From the NCBI RefSeq assembly GCF_009914755.1, contig NC_060939.1: 64,000 nt of DNA. One strand, 5' to 3'. The notes beneath the pieces are model-generated. The model ran no database searches, was not told the origin of the DNA, and was given only the letters and a program-made list of their open reading frames with translations. Every line of letters begins with the position of its first letter. The stretch's first letter is position 1. Positions 12,866-26,300 of the stretch are shown piece by piece. The position numbers were made by a program, and so were the translations under genes. Source of the DNA: the human T2T-CHM13v2.0 reference genome, Homo sapiens.

Positions 12866-15800
12866 AGTCCATTCCATTCGATGCCATTCCATTTGATTCT
12901 ATTCCATTAGTCTCCATTCAATTCCATTAATCTCCATTCCATTCCATTCTACTCCAACTGATTCCATTCCATTCTATTCCTTTCCATTCCATTTCATTCC
13001 ATTCCATTCCATTTCATTCCATTCCATTCCATTCGTGTCCATTCCACTCCAGTCCATTCCATTCGTGTCCATTCCATTCCAGTCCATTCCATTTGTGTCC
13101 ACTGCATTCCATTCCACTCCATTCCATATTATTCCATTACACTCCATTCCATTCTATTACTTTCATTTCCATTCAATTCCATTCCATTTGATTCCATTCC
13201 ACTCGGTTTCATTCCATTTGAGTCCACTCCATTCCATTCCATTCCATTCCATTCAGTTCCATTCCATTCTGTTCCATTCCATTCCGTTCCATTACATTCC
13301 ATTCCATTCGGTACCATTCCATATTGTTCCATTCGATTCCATTCGAATCCATTCCATTCCAGTCCATTCCATTCGATTCCATTCCATTCATTTCAATTCC
13401 ATTCCATTCCATTCCATTACATTCCACTTGATTCCTCTCCATTCCCTTCCACTGCATTCCGTTCGATTCCATTCCATTGCATTGCATTCCATTCCATTGG
13501 ATTGCATTCCATTCGATTCCATTCCATTCGAATCAATTACATAGCAATCCATTACATTCGAGTCTATTCTCTTCCGTTCCATTCGATTTCGTTCCAATCC
13601 ATTCGATTCCATTCCATTCGATTCCATTCCATACTATTGCATTCCATTCGATTACATTATATTCGAATAAGTTCCATTCAAGACCATTTCTTTTGAGTCC
13701 ATTCTATTTGAGTCCATTCCCTTTGATTCCATAACATTTGAGTCCATTCAATTCCATTCCTTTCGTTTCCATTCCATTTGATGCCATTCCATTCAATTCT
13801 GTTCTACTCGACTCCAATACATTCAATTCCATTCCATCCGATTCCATTACATTCTTTTCATTTCTTATCCATTTCAAGCCATTCCACTCCATTCCATTCC
13901 ACTCGTTTCCTTTCCATTCGAGTCCATTCCTCTCCAGTCCATTCCGTTCAATCCATTCCATTCCAGTCCATTCCATTCGAGTCCGTTCCATTCCAGTCCA
14001 TTCCATTCGAGTCAATTCCATTCCATTCGATGTCTTTCCATAACGATCCATTCCATTCTATTCCTTTCGATTCCATTCCATTCTATTTCATTCCATTCGA
14101 TTCCCTTCCATTGGACTCCTTTCCATTCGAGTGCATTCCATTCCGTTCCATTTATTTCCGTTCTGTACGATTCCTACCGTTCGATTTCATTTTGTTCCAG
14201 TCCATTCCTTTCGCGTCCATTCCATTCCATTTCACTCCATTCGATTCCATTCCACTCGATTCCACTTCGTTCCATTTCATTGCATTCCATTCTATTCAAC
14301 TCTATTGCCTTCCATTCCATTCCATTCGATTACATTCCATGCGATTCCATTCGAAATCGAATCAATTACATTGCAATCCATTACTATTGAGTCCGTTTTA
14401 TTCCAGTCCACTGCATTCTGGTCCATTCCATTTGATTCCATTCCATTCTATTCCATTCCATACAGTTGCATTCCATTGGATTCCATGCTATATCTATAAA
14501 TTCAATTCGAGACCATTGCTTTTGAGTCCATTCTATATGATTCCATTCCATTCAAATCCATTACTTTTGGTTCAATTCCATTCCATTCCATTCCCTTCCA
14601 TTCCATTCCATTTGATATCAATCCATTCGATTCCATTCCATTCGAGCACATTCCATTCGAGTCCATTCCATTCGATGCCATTCCATTTGATTCTATTCCA
14701 TTAGTCTCCATTCAATTCCATTAATCTCCATTCCATTCCATTCTATTCCAACTGATTCCATTCCATTCTATTCCTTTCCATTCCATTTCATTCCATTCCA
14801 TTCCATTTCATTCCATTCCATTCCATTCGTGTCCATTCCACTCCAGTCCATTCCATTCGTGTCCATTCCATTCCAGTCCATTCCATTTGTGTCCACTGCA
14901 TTCCATTCCACTCCATTCCATATTATTCCATTACACTCCATTCCATTCTATCACTTTCATTTCCATTCAATTCCATTCCATTTGATTCCATTCCACTCGG
15001 TTTCATTCCATTTGAGTCCACTCCATTCCATTCCATTGCATTCCATTCAGTTCCATTCCATTCTGTTCCATTCCATTCCGTTCCATTACATTCCATTCCA
15101 TTCGGTACCATTCCATATTGTTCCATTCGATTCCATTCGAATCCATTCCATTCCAGTCCATTCCATTCGATTCCATTCCATTCATTTCAATTCCATTCCA
15201 TTCCATTCCATTACATTCCACTTGATTCCTCTCCATTCCCTTCCACTGCATTCCGTTCGATTCCATTCCATTGCATTGCATTCCATTACATTGGATTGCA
15301 TTCCATTCGATTCCATTCCATTCGAATCAATTACATAGCAATCCATTACATTCGAGTCTATTCTATTCCGTTCCATTCGATTTCGTTCCAATCCATTCGA
15401 TTCCATTCCATTCGATTCCATTCCATGCTATTGCATTCCATTCTATTACATTATATTCGAATAAGTTCCATTCAAGACCATTTCTTTTGAGTCCATTCTA
15501 TTTGAGTCCATTCCCTTTGATTCCATAACATTTGAGTCCATTCAATTCCATTCCTTTCGTTTCCATTCCATTTGATGCCATTCCATTCAATTCTGTTCTA
15601 CTCGACTCCAATACATTCAATTCCATTCCATCCGATTCCATTACATTCTTTTCATTTCTTATCCATTTCAAGCCATTCCACTCCATTCCATTCCACTCGT
15701 TTCCTTTCCATTCGAGTCCATTCCTCTCCAGTCCATTCCGTTCAATCCATTCCATTCCAGTCCATTCCATTCGAGTCCGTTCCATTCCAGTCCATTCCAT

Positions 15801-18800
15801 TCGAGTCAATTCCATTCCATTCGATGTCTTTCCATAACGATCCATTCCATTCTATTCCTTTCGATTCCATTCCATTCTATTTCATTCCATTCGATTCCCT
15901 TCCATTGGACTCCTTTCCATTCGAGTGCATTCCATTCCGTTCCATTTCTTTCCGTTCTGTACGATTCCTACCGTTCGATTTCATTTTGTTCCAGTCCATT
16001 CCTTTCGCGTCCATTCCATTCCATTTCACTCCATTCGATTCCATTCCACTCGATTCCACTTCGTTCCATTTCATTGCATTCCATTCTATTCAACTCTATT
16101 GCCTTCCATTCCATTCCATTCGATTACATTCCATGCGATTCCATTCGAAATCGAATCAATTACATTGCAATCCATTACAATTGAGTCCGTTTTATTCCAG
16201 TCCACTGCATTCTGGTCCATTCCATTTGATTCCATTCCATTCTATTCCATTCCATACAGTTGCATTCCATTGGATTCCATGCTATATCTATAAATTCAAT
16301 TCGAGACCATTGCTTTTGAGTCCATTCTATATGATTCCATTCCATTCAAATCCATTACATTTGGTTCAATTCCATTCCATTCCATTCCCTTCCATTCCAT
16401 TCCATTTGATATCAATCCATTCGATTCCATTCCATTCGAGCACATTCCATTCGAGTCCATTCCATTCGATGCCATTCCATTTGATTCTATTCCATTAGTC
16501 TCCATTCAATTCCATTAATCTCCATTCCATTCCATTCTACTCCAACTGATTCCATTCCATTCTATTCCTTTCCATTCCATTTCATTCCATTCCATTCCAT
16601 TTCATTCCATTCCATTCCATTCGTGTCCATTCCACTCCAGTCCATTCCATTCGTGTCCATTCCATTCCAGTCCATTCCATTTGTGTCCACTGCATTCCAT
16701 TCCACTCCATTCCATATTATTCCATTACACTCCATTCCATTCTATCACTTTCATTTCCATTCAATTCCATTCCATTTGATTCCATTCCACTCGGTTTCAT
16801 TCCATTTGAGTCCACTCCATTCCATTCCATTGCATTCCATTCAGTTCCATTCCATTCTGTTCCATTCCATTCCGTTCCATTACATTCCATTCCATTCGGT
16901 ACCATTCCATATTGTTCCATTCGATTCCATTCGAATCCATTCCATTCCAGTCCATTCCATTCGATTCCATTCCATTCATTTCCATTCCATTCCATTCCAT
17001 TCCATTACATTCCACTTGATTCCTCTCCATTCCCTTCCACTGCATTCCGTTCGATTCCATTCCATTGCATTGCATTCCATTCCATTGGATTGCATTCCAT
17101 TCGATTCCATTCCATTCGAATCAATTACATAGCAATCCATTACATTCGAGTCTATTCTATTCCGTTCCATTCGATTTCGTTCCAATCCATTCGATTCCAT
17201 TCCATTCGATTCCATTCCATACTATTGCATTCCATTCGATTACATTATATTCGAATAAGTTCCATTCAAGACCATTTCTTTTGAGTCCATTCTATTTGAG
17301 TCCATTCCCTTTGATTCCATAACATTTGAGTCCATTCAATTCCATTCCTTTCGTTTCCATTCCATTTGATGCCATTCCATTCAATTCTGTTCTACTCGAC
17401 TCCAATACACTCAATTCCATTCCATCCGATTCCATTACATTCTTTTCATTTCTTATCCATTTCAAGCCATTCCACTCCATTCCATTCCACTCGTTTCCTT
17501 TCCATTCGAGTCCATTCCTCTCCAGTCCATTCCGTTCAATCCATTCCATTCCAGTCCATTCCATTCGAGTCCGTTCCATTCCAGTCCATTCCATTCGAGT
17601 CAATTCCATCCCATTCGATGTCTTTCCATAACGATCCATTCCATTCTATTCCTTTCGATTCCATTCCATTCTATTTCATTCCATTCGATTCCCTTCCATT
17701 GGACTCCTTTCCATTCGAGTGCATTCCATTCCTTTCCATTTCTTTCCGTTCTGTACGATTCCTACCGTTCGATTTCATTTTGTTCCAGTCCATTCCTTTC
17801 GCGTCCATTCCATTCCATTTCACTCCATTCGATTCCATTCCACTCGATTCCACTTCGTTCCATTTCATTGCATTCCATTCTATTCAACTCTATTGCCTTC
17901 CATTCCATTCCATTCGATTACATTCCATGCGATTCCATTCGAAATCGAATCAATTACATTGCAATCCATTACTATTGAGTCCGTTTTATTCCAGTCCACT
18001 GCATTCTGGTCCATTCCATTTGATTCCGTTCCATTCTATTCCATTCCATACAGTTGCATTCCATTGGATTCCATGCTATATCTATAAATTCAATTCGAGA
18101 CCATTGCTTTTGAGTCCATTCTATATGATTCCATTCCATTCAAGTCCATTACATTTGGTTCAATTCCATTCCATTCCCTTCCATTCCATTCCATTTGATA
18201 TCAATCCATTCGATTCCATTCCATTCGAGCACATTCCATTCGAGTCCATTCCATTCGAAGCCATTCCATTTGATTCTATTCCATTAGTCTCCATTCAATT
18301 CCATTAATCTCCATTCCATTCCATTCTACTCCAACTGATTCCATTTCATTCTATTCCTTTCCATTCCATTTCATTCCATTCCATTCCATTCGTGTCCATT
18401 CCACTCCAGTCCATTCCATTCGTGTCCATTCCTTTCCAGTCCATTCCATTTGTGTCCACTGTATTCCATTCCACTCCATTCCATATTATTCCATTACACT
18501 CCATTCCATTCTATTACTTTCATTTCCATTCAATTCCATTCCATTTGATTCCATTCCACTCGGTTTCATTCCATTTGAGTCCACTCCATTCCATTCAGTT
18601 CCATTCCATTCTGTTCCATTCCATTCCGTTCCATTACATTCCATTCCATTCGGTACCATTGCATATTGTTCCATTCGATTCCATTCGAATCCATTCCATT
18701 CCAGTCCATTCCATTCGATTCCATTCCATTCATTTCAATTCCATTCCATTCCATTCCATTACATTCCACTTGATTCCTCTCCATTCCCTTCCACTGCATT

Positions 18801-20170
18801 CCGTTCGATTCCATTCCATTGCATTGCATTCCATTCCATTGGATTGCATTCCATTCGATTCCATTCCATTCGAATCAATTACATAGCAATCCATTACATT
18901 CGAGTCTATTCTATTCCGTTCCATTCGATTTCGTTCCAATCCATTCGATTCCATTCCATTCGATTCCATTCCATACTATTGCATTCCATTCTATTACATT
19001 ATATTCGAATAAGTTCCATTCAAGACCATTTCTTTTGAGTCCATTCTATTTGAGTCCATTCCCTTTGATTCCATAACATTTGAGTCCATTCAATTCCATT
19101 CCTTTCGTTTCCATTCCATTTGATGCCATTCCATTCAATTCTGTTCTACTCGACTCCAATACATTCAATTCCATTCCATCCGATTCCATTACATTCTTTT
19201 CATTTCTTATCCATTTCAAGCCATTCCACTCCATTCCATTCCACTCGTTTAATTTCCATTCGAGTCCATTCCTCTCCAGTCCATTCCGTTCAATCCATTC
19301 CATTCCAGTCCATTCCATTCGAGTCCGTTCCATTCCACTCCATTCCATTCGAGTCAATTCCATCCCATTCGATGTCTTTCCATAACGATCCATTCCATTC
19401 TATTCCTTTCGATTCCATTCCATTCTATTTCATTCCATTCGATTCCCTTCCATTGGACTCCTTTCCATTCGAGTGCATTCCATTCCGTTCCATTTCTTTC
19501 CGTTCTGTACGATTCCTACCGTTCGATTTCATTTTGTTCCAGTCCATTCCTTTCGCGTCCATTCCATTCCATTTCACTCCATTCGATTCCATTCCACTCG
19601 ATTCCACTTCGTTCCATTTCATTGCATTCCATTCTATTCAACTCTATTGCCTTCCATTCCATTCCATTCGATTACATTCCATGCGATTCCATTCGAAATC
19701 GAATCAATTACATTGCAATCCATTACTATTGAGTCCGTTTTATTCCAGTCCACTGCATTCTGGTCCATTCCATTTGATTCCATTCCATTCTATTCCATTC
19801 CATACAGTTGCATTCCATTGGATTCCATGCTATATCTATAAATTCAATTCGAGACCATTGCTTTTGAGTCCATTCTATATGATTCCATTCCATTCAAGTC
19901 CATTACATTTGGATCAATTCCATTCCATTCCATTCCCTTCCATTCCATTCCAGTTGATATCAGTCCTTTCGATTCCATTCCATTCGAGCACATTCCATTC
20001 GAGTCCATTCCATTCGATGCCATTCCATTTGATTCTATTCCGTTAGTCTCCATTCAATTCCATTAATCTCCATTCCATTCCATTCTACTCCAACTGATTC
20101 CATTCCATTCTATTCCTTTCCATTCCATTTCATTCCATTCCATTCCATTTCATTCCATTCCATTCCATTC

Positions 20171-20320
20171 GTGTCCATTCCACTCCAGTCCATTCCACTT
20201 GTGTCCATTCCATTCCAGTCCATTCCATTTCTGTCCATTCCATTTGTGTCCACTGCATTCCATTCCACTCCATTCCATATTATTCCATTCCACTCCATTC
20301 CATTCCACTCGTTTCCTTTC
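20171..20320 (+). repeat. Junction of a truncated unit (1,064 bp): 745-bp internal deletion plus 15-bp insertion
   Basis: CCATATTATTCCATT joins directly to CCACTCCATTCCATTCCACTCGTTTCC at about 20285-20290. These motifs are 745 bp apart in normal units (2370 vs 3115). An extra 15-mer CTGTCCATTCCATTT lies at about 20231. Marker ORF starts 19473 to 20537 are 1,064 apart. Confidence 0.92.
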
Positions 20321-23300
20321 CATTCGAGTCCATTCCTCTCCAGTCCATTCTGTTCAATCCATTCCATTCCAGTCCATTCCATTCGAGTCCGTTCCATTCC
20401 AGTCCATTCCATTCGAGTCAATTCCATCCCATTCGATGTCTTTCCATAACGATCCATTCCATTCTATTCCTTTCGATTCCATTCCATTCTATTTCATTCC
20501 ATTCGATTCCCTTCCATTGGACTCCTTTCCATTCGAGTGCATTCCATTCCGTTCCATTTCTTTCCGTTCTGTACGATTCCTACCGTTCGATTTCATTTTG
20601 TTCCAGTCCATTCCTTTCGCGTCCATTCCATTCCATTTCACTCCATTCGATTCCATTCCACTCGATTCCACTTCGTTCCATTTCATTGCATTCCATTCTA
20701 TTCAACTCTATTGCCTTCCATTCCATTCCATTCGATTACATTCCATGCGATTCCATTCGAAATCGAATCAATTACATTGCAATCCATTACTATTGAGTCC
20801 GTTTTATTCCAGTCCACTGCATTCTGGTCCATTCCATTTGATTCCATTCCATTCTATTCCATTCCATACAGTTGCATTCCATTGGATTCCATGCTATATC
20901 TATAAATTCAATTCGAGACCATTGCTTTTGAGTCCATTCTATATGATTCCATTCCATTCAAGTCCATTACATTTGGTTCAATTCCATTCCATTCCATTCC
21001 CTTCCATTCCATTCCATTTGATATCAATCCATTCGATTCCATTCCATTCGAGCACATTCCATTCGAGTCCATTCCATTCGATGCCATTCCATTTGATTCT
21101 ATTCCATTAGTCTCCATTCAATTCCATTAATCTCCATTCCATTCCATTTTACTCCAACAGATTCCATTCCATTCTATTCCTTTCCATTCCATTTCATTCC
21201 ATTCCATTCCATTCCATTCCATTCCATTCGTGTCCATTCCACTCCAGTCCATTCCATTCGTGTCCATTCCATTCCAGTCCATTCCATTTGTGTCCACTGC
21301 ATTCCATTCCACTCCATTCCATATTATTCCAATACACTCCATTCAATTCTATCACTTTCATTTCCATTCAATTCCATTCCATTTGATTCCATTCCACTCG
21401 GTTTCATTCCATTTGAGTCCACTCCATTCCATTCCATTCCATTCCATTCAGTTCCATTCCATTCTGTTCCATTCCATTCCGTTCCATTACATTCCATTCC
21501 ATTCGGTACCATTCCATATTGTTCCATTCGATTCCATTCGAATCCATTCCATTCCAGTCCATTCCATTCGATTCCATTCCATTCATTTCAATTCCATTCC
21601 ATTCCATTCCATTCCATTCCACTTGATTCCTCTCCATTCCATTCCACTGCATTCCGTTCGATTCCATTCCATTGCATTGCATTCCATTCCATTGGATTGC
21701 ATTCCATTCGATTCCATTCCATTCGAATCAATTACATAGCAATCCATTACATTCGAGTCTATTCTATTCCGTTCCATTCGATTTCGTTCCAATCCATTCG
21801 ATTCCATTCCATTCGATTCCATTCCATACTATTGCATTCCATTCTATTACATTATATTCGAATAAGTTCCATTCAAGACCATTTCTTTTGAGTCCATTCT
21901 ATTTGAGTCCATTCCCTTTGATTCCATAACATTTGAGTCCATTCAATTCCATTCCTTTCGTTTCCATTCCATTTGATGCCATTCCATTCAATTCTGTTCT
22001 ACCCGACTCCAATACATTCAATTCCATTCCATCCGATTCCATTACATTCTTTTCATTTCTTATCCATTTCAAGCCATTCCACTCCACTCCATTCCACTCG
22101 TTTCCTTTCCATTCGAGTCCATTCCTCTCCAGTCCATTCCGTTCAATCCATTCCATTCCAGTCCATTCCATTCGAGTCCGTTCCATTCCAGTCCATTCCA
22201 TTCGAGTCAATTCCATCCCATTCGATGTCTTTCCATAACGATCCATTCCATTCTATTCCTTTCGATTCCATTCCATTCTATTTCATTCCATTCGATTCCC
22301 TTCCATTGGACTCCTTTCCATTCGAGTGCATTCCATTCCGTTCCATTTCTTTCCGTTCTGTACGATTCCTACCGTTCGATTTCATTTTGTTCCAGTCCAT
22401 TCCTTTCGCGTCCATTCCATTCCATTTCACTCCATTCGATTCCATTCCACTCGATTCCACTTCGTTCCATTTCATTGCATTCCATTCTATTCAACTCTAT
22501 TGCCTTCCATTCCATTCCATTCGATTACATTCCATGCGATTCCATTCGAAATCGAATCAATTACATTGCAATCCATTACTATTGGGTCCGTTTTATTCCA
22601 GTCCACTGCATTCTGGTCCATTCCATTTGATTCCATTCCATTCTATTCCATTCCATACAGTTGCATTCCATTGGATTCCATGCTATATGTATAAATTCAA
22701 TTCGAGACCATTGCTTTTGAGTCCATTCTATATGATTCCATTCCATTCAAGTACATTAAATTTGGTTCAATTCCATTCCATTCCATTCCCTTCCATTCCA
22801 TTCCATTTGATATCAATCCATTCGATTCCATTCCATTCGAGCACATTCCATTCGAGTCCATTCCATTCGATGCCATTCCATTTGATTCTATTCCATTAGT
22901 CTCCATTCAATTCCATTTATCTCCATTCCATTCCATTCTAATCCAACTGATTCCATTCCATTCTATTCCTTTCCATTCCATTTCATTCCATTCCATTCCA
23001 TTTCATTCCATTCCATTCCATTCCATTCCATTCGCTTCCATTCCATTCGTGTCCATTCCATTCCAGTCCATTCCATTTGTGTCCACTGCATTCCATTCCA
23101 CTCCATTCCATATTATTCCATTACACTCCATTCCATTCTATTACTTTCATTTCCATTCAATTCCATTCCATTTGATTCCATTCCACTCGGTTTCATTCCA
23201 TTTGAGTCCACTCCATTCCATTCCATTCCATTCCATTCAGTTCCATTCCATTCTGTTCCATTCCATTCCGTTCCATTGCATTCCATTCCATTCGGTACCA

Positions 23301-26300
23301 TTCCATATTGTTCCATTCGATTCCATTCGAATCCATTCCATTCCAGTCCATTCCTTCGATTCCATTCCATTCCTTTCAATTCCATTCCATTCCATTCCAT
23401 TCCACTTGATTCCACTCCATTCCCTTCCACTGCATTCCATTGCATTGCCTTCCATTCCATTGGACTGCATTCCATTCGATTCCATTCCATTCGAATCAAT
23501 TACATAGCAATCCATTACATTCGAGTCTATTCTATTCCGTTCCATTCGATTTCGTTCCAATCCATTCGATTCCATTCCATTCGATTCCATTCCATACTAT
23601 TGCATTCCATTCTATTACATTATATTCGAATAAGTTCCATTCAAGACCATTTCTTTTGAGTCCATTCTATTTGAGTCCATTCCCTTTGATTCCATAACAT
23701 TTGAGTCCATTCAATTCCATTCCTTTCGTTTCCATTCCATTTGATGCCATTCCATTCAATTCTGTTCTACTCGACTCCAATACATTCAATTCCATTCCAT
23801 CCGATTCCATTACATTCTTTTCATTTCTTATCCATTTCAAGCCATTCCACTCCATTCCATTCCACTCGTTTCCTTTCCATTCGAGTCCATTCCTCTCCAG
23901 TCCATTCCGTTCAATCCATTCCATTCCAGTCCATTCCATTCGAGTCCGTTCCATTCCAGTCCATTCCATTCGAGTCAATTCCATCCCATTCGATGTCTTT
24001 CCATAACGATCCATTCCATTCTATTCCTTTCAATTCCATTCCATTCTATTTCATTCCATTCGATTCCCTTCCATTGGACTCCTTTCCATTCGAGTGCATT
24101 CCATTCCGTTCCATTTCTTTCCGTTCTGTACGATTCTTACCATTCGATTTCATTTTGTTCCAGTCCATTCCTTTCGCGTCCATTCCATTCCATTTCACTC
24201 CATTCGATTCCATTCCACTCGATTCCACTTCGTTCCATTTCATTGCATTCCATTCTATTCAACTCTATTGCCTTCCATTCCATTCCATTCGATTACATTC
24301 CATGCGATTCCATTCGAAATCGAATCAATTACATTGCAATCCATTACTATTGAGTCCGTTTTATTCCAGTCCACTGCATTCTGGTCCATTCCATTTGATT
24401 CCATTCCATTCTATTCCATTCCATACAGTTGCATTCCATTGGATTCCATGCTATATCTATAAATTCAATTCGAGACCATTGCTTTTGAGTCCATTCTATA
24501 TGATTCCATTCCATTCAAGTCCATTACATTTGGTTCAATTCCATTCCATTCCATTCCCTTCCATTCCATTCCATTTGATATCAATCCATTCGATTCCATT
24601 CCATTCGAGCACATTCCATTCGAGTCCATTCCATTCGATGCCATTCCATTTGATTCTATTCCATTAGTCTCCATTCAATTCCATTAATCTCCATTCCATT
24701 CCATTTTACTCCAACTGATTCTATTCCATTCTATTCCTTTCCATTCCATTTCATTCCATTCCATTCCATTCCATTCCATTCCATTCCATTCCATTCGTGT
24801 CCATTCCACTCCAGTCCATTCCATTCGTGTCCATTCCATTCCAGTCCATTCCATTTGTGTCCACTGCATTCCATTCCACTCCATTCCATATTATTCCATT
24901 ACACTCCATTCCATTCTATCACTTTCATTTCCATTCAATTCCATTCCATTTGATTCCATTCCACTCGGTTTCATTCCATTTGAGTCCACTCCATTCCATT
25001 CCATTCAGTTCCATTCCATTCTGTTCCATTACATTCCATTCCATTCGGTACCATTCCATATTGTTCCATTCGATTCCATTCGAATCCATTCCATTCCAGT
25101 CCATTCCATTCGATTCCATTCCATTCATTTCAATTCCATTCCATTCCATTACATTACATTCCACTTGATTCCTCTCCATTCCCTTCCACTGCATTCCGTT
25201 CGATTCCATTCCATTGCATTGCATTCCATTCCACTGGATTGCATTCCATTCGATTCCATTCCATTCGAATCAATTACATAGCAATCCATTACATTCGAGT
25301 CTATTCTATTCCGTTCCATTCGATTTCGTTCCAATCCATTCGATTCCATTCCATTCGATTCCATTCCATACTATTGCATTTCATTCGATTACATTATATT
25401 CGAATAAGTTCCATTCAAGACCATTTCTTTTGAGTCCATTCTATTTGAGTCCATTCCCTTTGATTCCATAACATTTGAGTCCATTCAATTCCATTCCTTT
25501 CGTTTCCATTCCATTTGATGCCATTCCATTCAATTCTATTCTACTCGACTCCAATACATTCAATTCCATTCCATCCGATTCCATTACATTCTTTTCATTT
25601 CTTATCCATTTCAAGCCATTCCACTCCATTCCATTCCACTCGTTTCCTTTCCATTCGAGTCCATTCCTCTCCAGTCCATTCCGTTCAATCCATTCCATTC
25701 CAGTCCATTCCATTCGAGTCCGTTCCATTCCAGTCCATTCCATTCGAGTCAATTCCATCCCATTCGATGTCTTTCCATAACGATCCATTCCATTCTATTC
25801 CTTTCAATTCCATTCCATTCTATTTCATTCCATTCGATTCCCTTCCATTGGACTCCTTTCCATTCGAGTGCATTCCATTCCGTTCCATTTCTTTCCGTTC
25901 TGTACGATTCCTACCGTTCGATTTCATTTTGTTCCAGTCCATTCCTTTCGCGTCCATTCCATTCCATTTCACTCCATTCGATTCCATTCCACTCGATTCC
26001 ACTTCGTTCCATTTCATTGCATTCCATTCTATTCAACTCTATTGCCTTCCATTCCATTCAATTCGATTACATTCCATGCGATTCCATTCGAAATCGAATC
26101 AATTACATTGCAATCCATTACTATTGAGTCCGTTTTATTCCAGTCCACTGCATTCTGGTCCATTCCATTTGATTCCATTCCATTCTATTCCATTCCATAC
26201 AGTTGCATTCCTTTGGATTCCATGCTATATATATAAATTCAATTCGAGACCATTGCTTTTGAGTCCATTCTATATGATTCCATTCCATTCAAGTCCATTA

